Assembly (NCBI GenBank): GCA_010909165.1
Contig: VJWM01000025.1
Location: 2,542,001-2,606,000 of the forward strand
Reading direction: 5' to 3'
Origin: Anthoceros angustus
Taxonomy: Eukaryota; Plantae; Anthocerotophyta
Length of the DNA: 64,000 nucleotides
Notes under the pieces: generated by a model
Databases searched by the model: none
What the model was told of the DNA's origin: nothing
Seen by the model: only the letters and a program-made list of their open reading frames with translations
Program-made: the position numbers and the translations under genes
Shown: positions 62,901 to 64,000 of the stretch, in pieces
How positions within the stretch are numbered: position 1 is the first letter of the stretch
Layout of the letters: each line of letters starts with the position of its first letter

Positions 62901-64000
62901 AACAAACAGTTGCTTGTCAGGGAGGTATTGCTCCCCCTGCATGACGTATGTCTGGTGGTCTTGCAGGAGGTGGACGATGTTCTTCTTCCAGTCTACCTCC
63001 AGCTGGCTTGAGTGAGTGGCTAACCAAGGCTTGCCTATGATCAGGTCATGGCAGAGCGTGGGCATCACGGTCAGCTGGAGAACCTCCTTGAACCCACGGA
63101 AGGTAAGCTCTGATCCTTTGTTCTCTACTTGTCTCCTTCTACTAGCATGATCACTTTGTGGAGACGACTGTGTCCTTGGTGACCGGCTCTTTCTCATTGC
63201 CTTTGACACATAATGATGGTGGCCCCAGAGTCAAGCAACCCTGTGGCCCGGACTCCGGCTAATGACACCTCAAGTTTGATAGGTATGTGAGCTAGGCGGC
63301 ATGCATGGCGATCCGGTTTTACATGCAGGATCCAGGATGGCAGCAGCTAGAGTGGGTTCACTAACCTCGTGAGGGTTATGGCGTGTCCGCTCTTGGCGTG
63401 GGAGGCCGCTCTAGTGGACTTGCTGTCTCCTTGACGGTGATGAAGTCCCTCCTGAAAGGGCAGGATTTCGAGCCATGGCCGGACGCTGAGCAGGTAAAGC
63501 ATTTCCTGGCCTTCTTGTAGTCCTCCTTCTCTTCCTCCGTGAGGATCCTGAAGGTTGGCTTCTTCTCGGTGGCGTTGGCAGACTTGCTCCACTTGGGCTT
63601 GGGAGGGGCTGTTGAGGAGAGATGTTTGTACTTGTTGGTGCCATAGTTGATGGCCGCCTTCATGGCTTCCACCAGGGTTGTGAGGTTTGTCTGGTTCACG
63701 TCTGCCCTCATCTCGAATTTCAACCCATCTATGAACTTCTCGATTTTCTGCTCCTCATCCAACCTGGGCATGTCAAGTGTAAGTTGTAAGAACTTGTCAC
63801 AGTACTCTTGAATTGTGCCTTGTTGGAAAATCTTCTGATCGCGTCTGAGGTCCTTGCGGTGGATTCCGGCGAGGCTTCAAGGAAGATCTGTCGGAAGGCG
63901 GCCAAGAGTAGGCAGGGACTCCATGCCGAGGTCGACTTGCTTCTCCCGCTGGCGCCACCATCGGTAAGCATACCCCTCCAATGACATGACGCAGAACTGG
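59482..64000 (-). mobile_element. Ty3/Gypsy chromovirus 3 (gag runs off window; PR, RT, RH, INT, chromo tail, PPT, 3' LTR 59482-59860)
   Basis: Gag CFTCSASGHGSKSC; LDSGA; RT 62112..63209 (VFLDDILIY); [10 protein letters not shown]; INT IVSDRD, AYHPETDGQTEK; PPT ggggagaa then TGACAC...GTAGCA LTR similar to the LTR of element 2. Confidence 0.92.

Overview
Eukaryotic land-plant nuclear DNA. Short introns, compact gene spacing, an intron-rich PPR gene and PLS-PPR and TORNADO1-like relics suggest a non-seed plant such as a Selaginella-like lycophyte or a hornwort (inference). All homology calls come from remembered family motifs, not database searches. Four zones: (1) 1-5.4 kb holds unrelated, truncated gene fragments (cyclin T, PPR, TRN1-like LRR-Roc, PLS/E PPR). 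(2) 5.4-36 kb is a nested transposon region: two chromoviral Ty3/Gypsy elements, one with both LTRs, a TSD and a CACTA/CMC element inserted at its gag-protease junction, plus an Athila/Tat-like element with extra ORFs. These interrupt a tandemly amplified mosaic unit that encodes a 75-bp/25-aa repeat resembling a multimerised ALY/REF UAP56-binding motif, and a divergent eIF5A C-terminal-like ORF. (3) 37-56 kb is a clean, gene-dense block: orphan ORF, SMU1, SLX1-like, F-box/kelch, P-class PPR, RRP4 and a CBS-domain SnRK1-gamma-like gene. (4) 56.5-64 kb has a third chromovirus inserted into another Athila/Tat-like remnant. Repeat zones carry many 1-bp indels typical of unpolished long-read consensus, so frameshifts and copy numbers there need read-level checks. 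Best novelty candidate: the poly-UBM (ALY exon-1-derived) gene amplified together with the eIF5A-like fragment.
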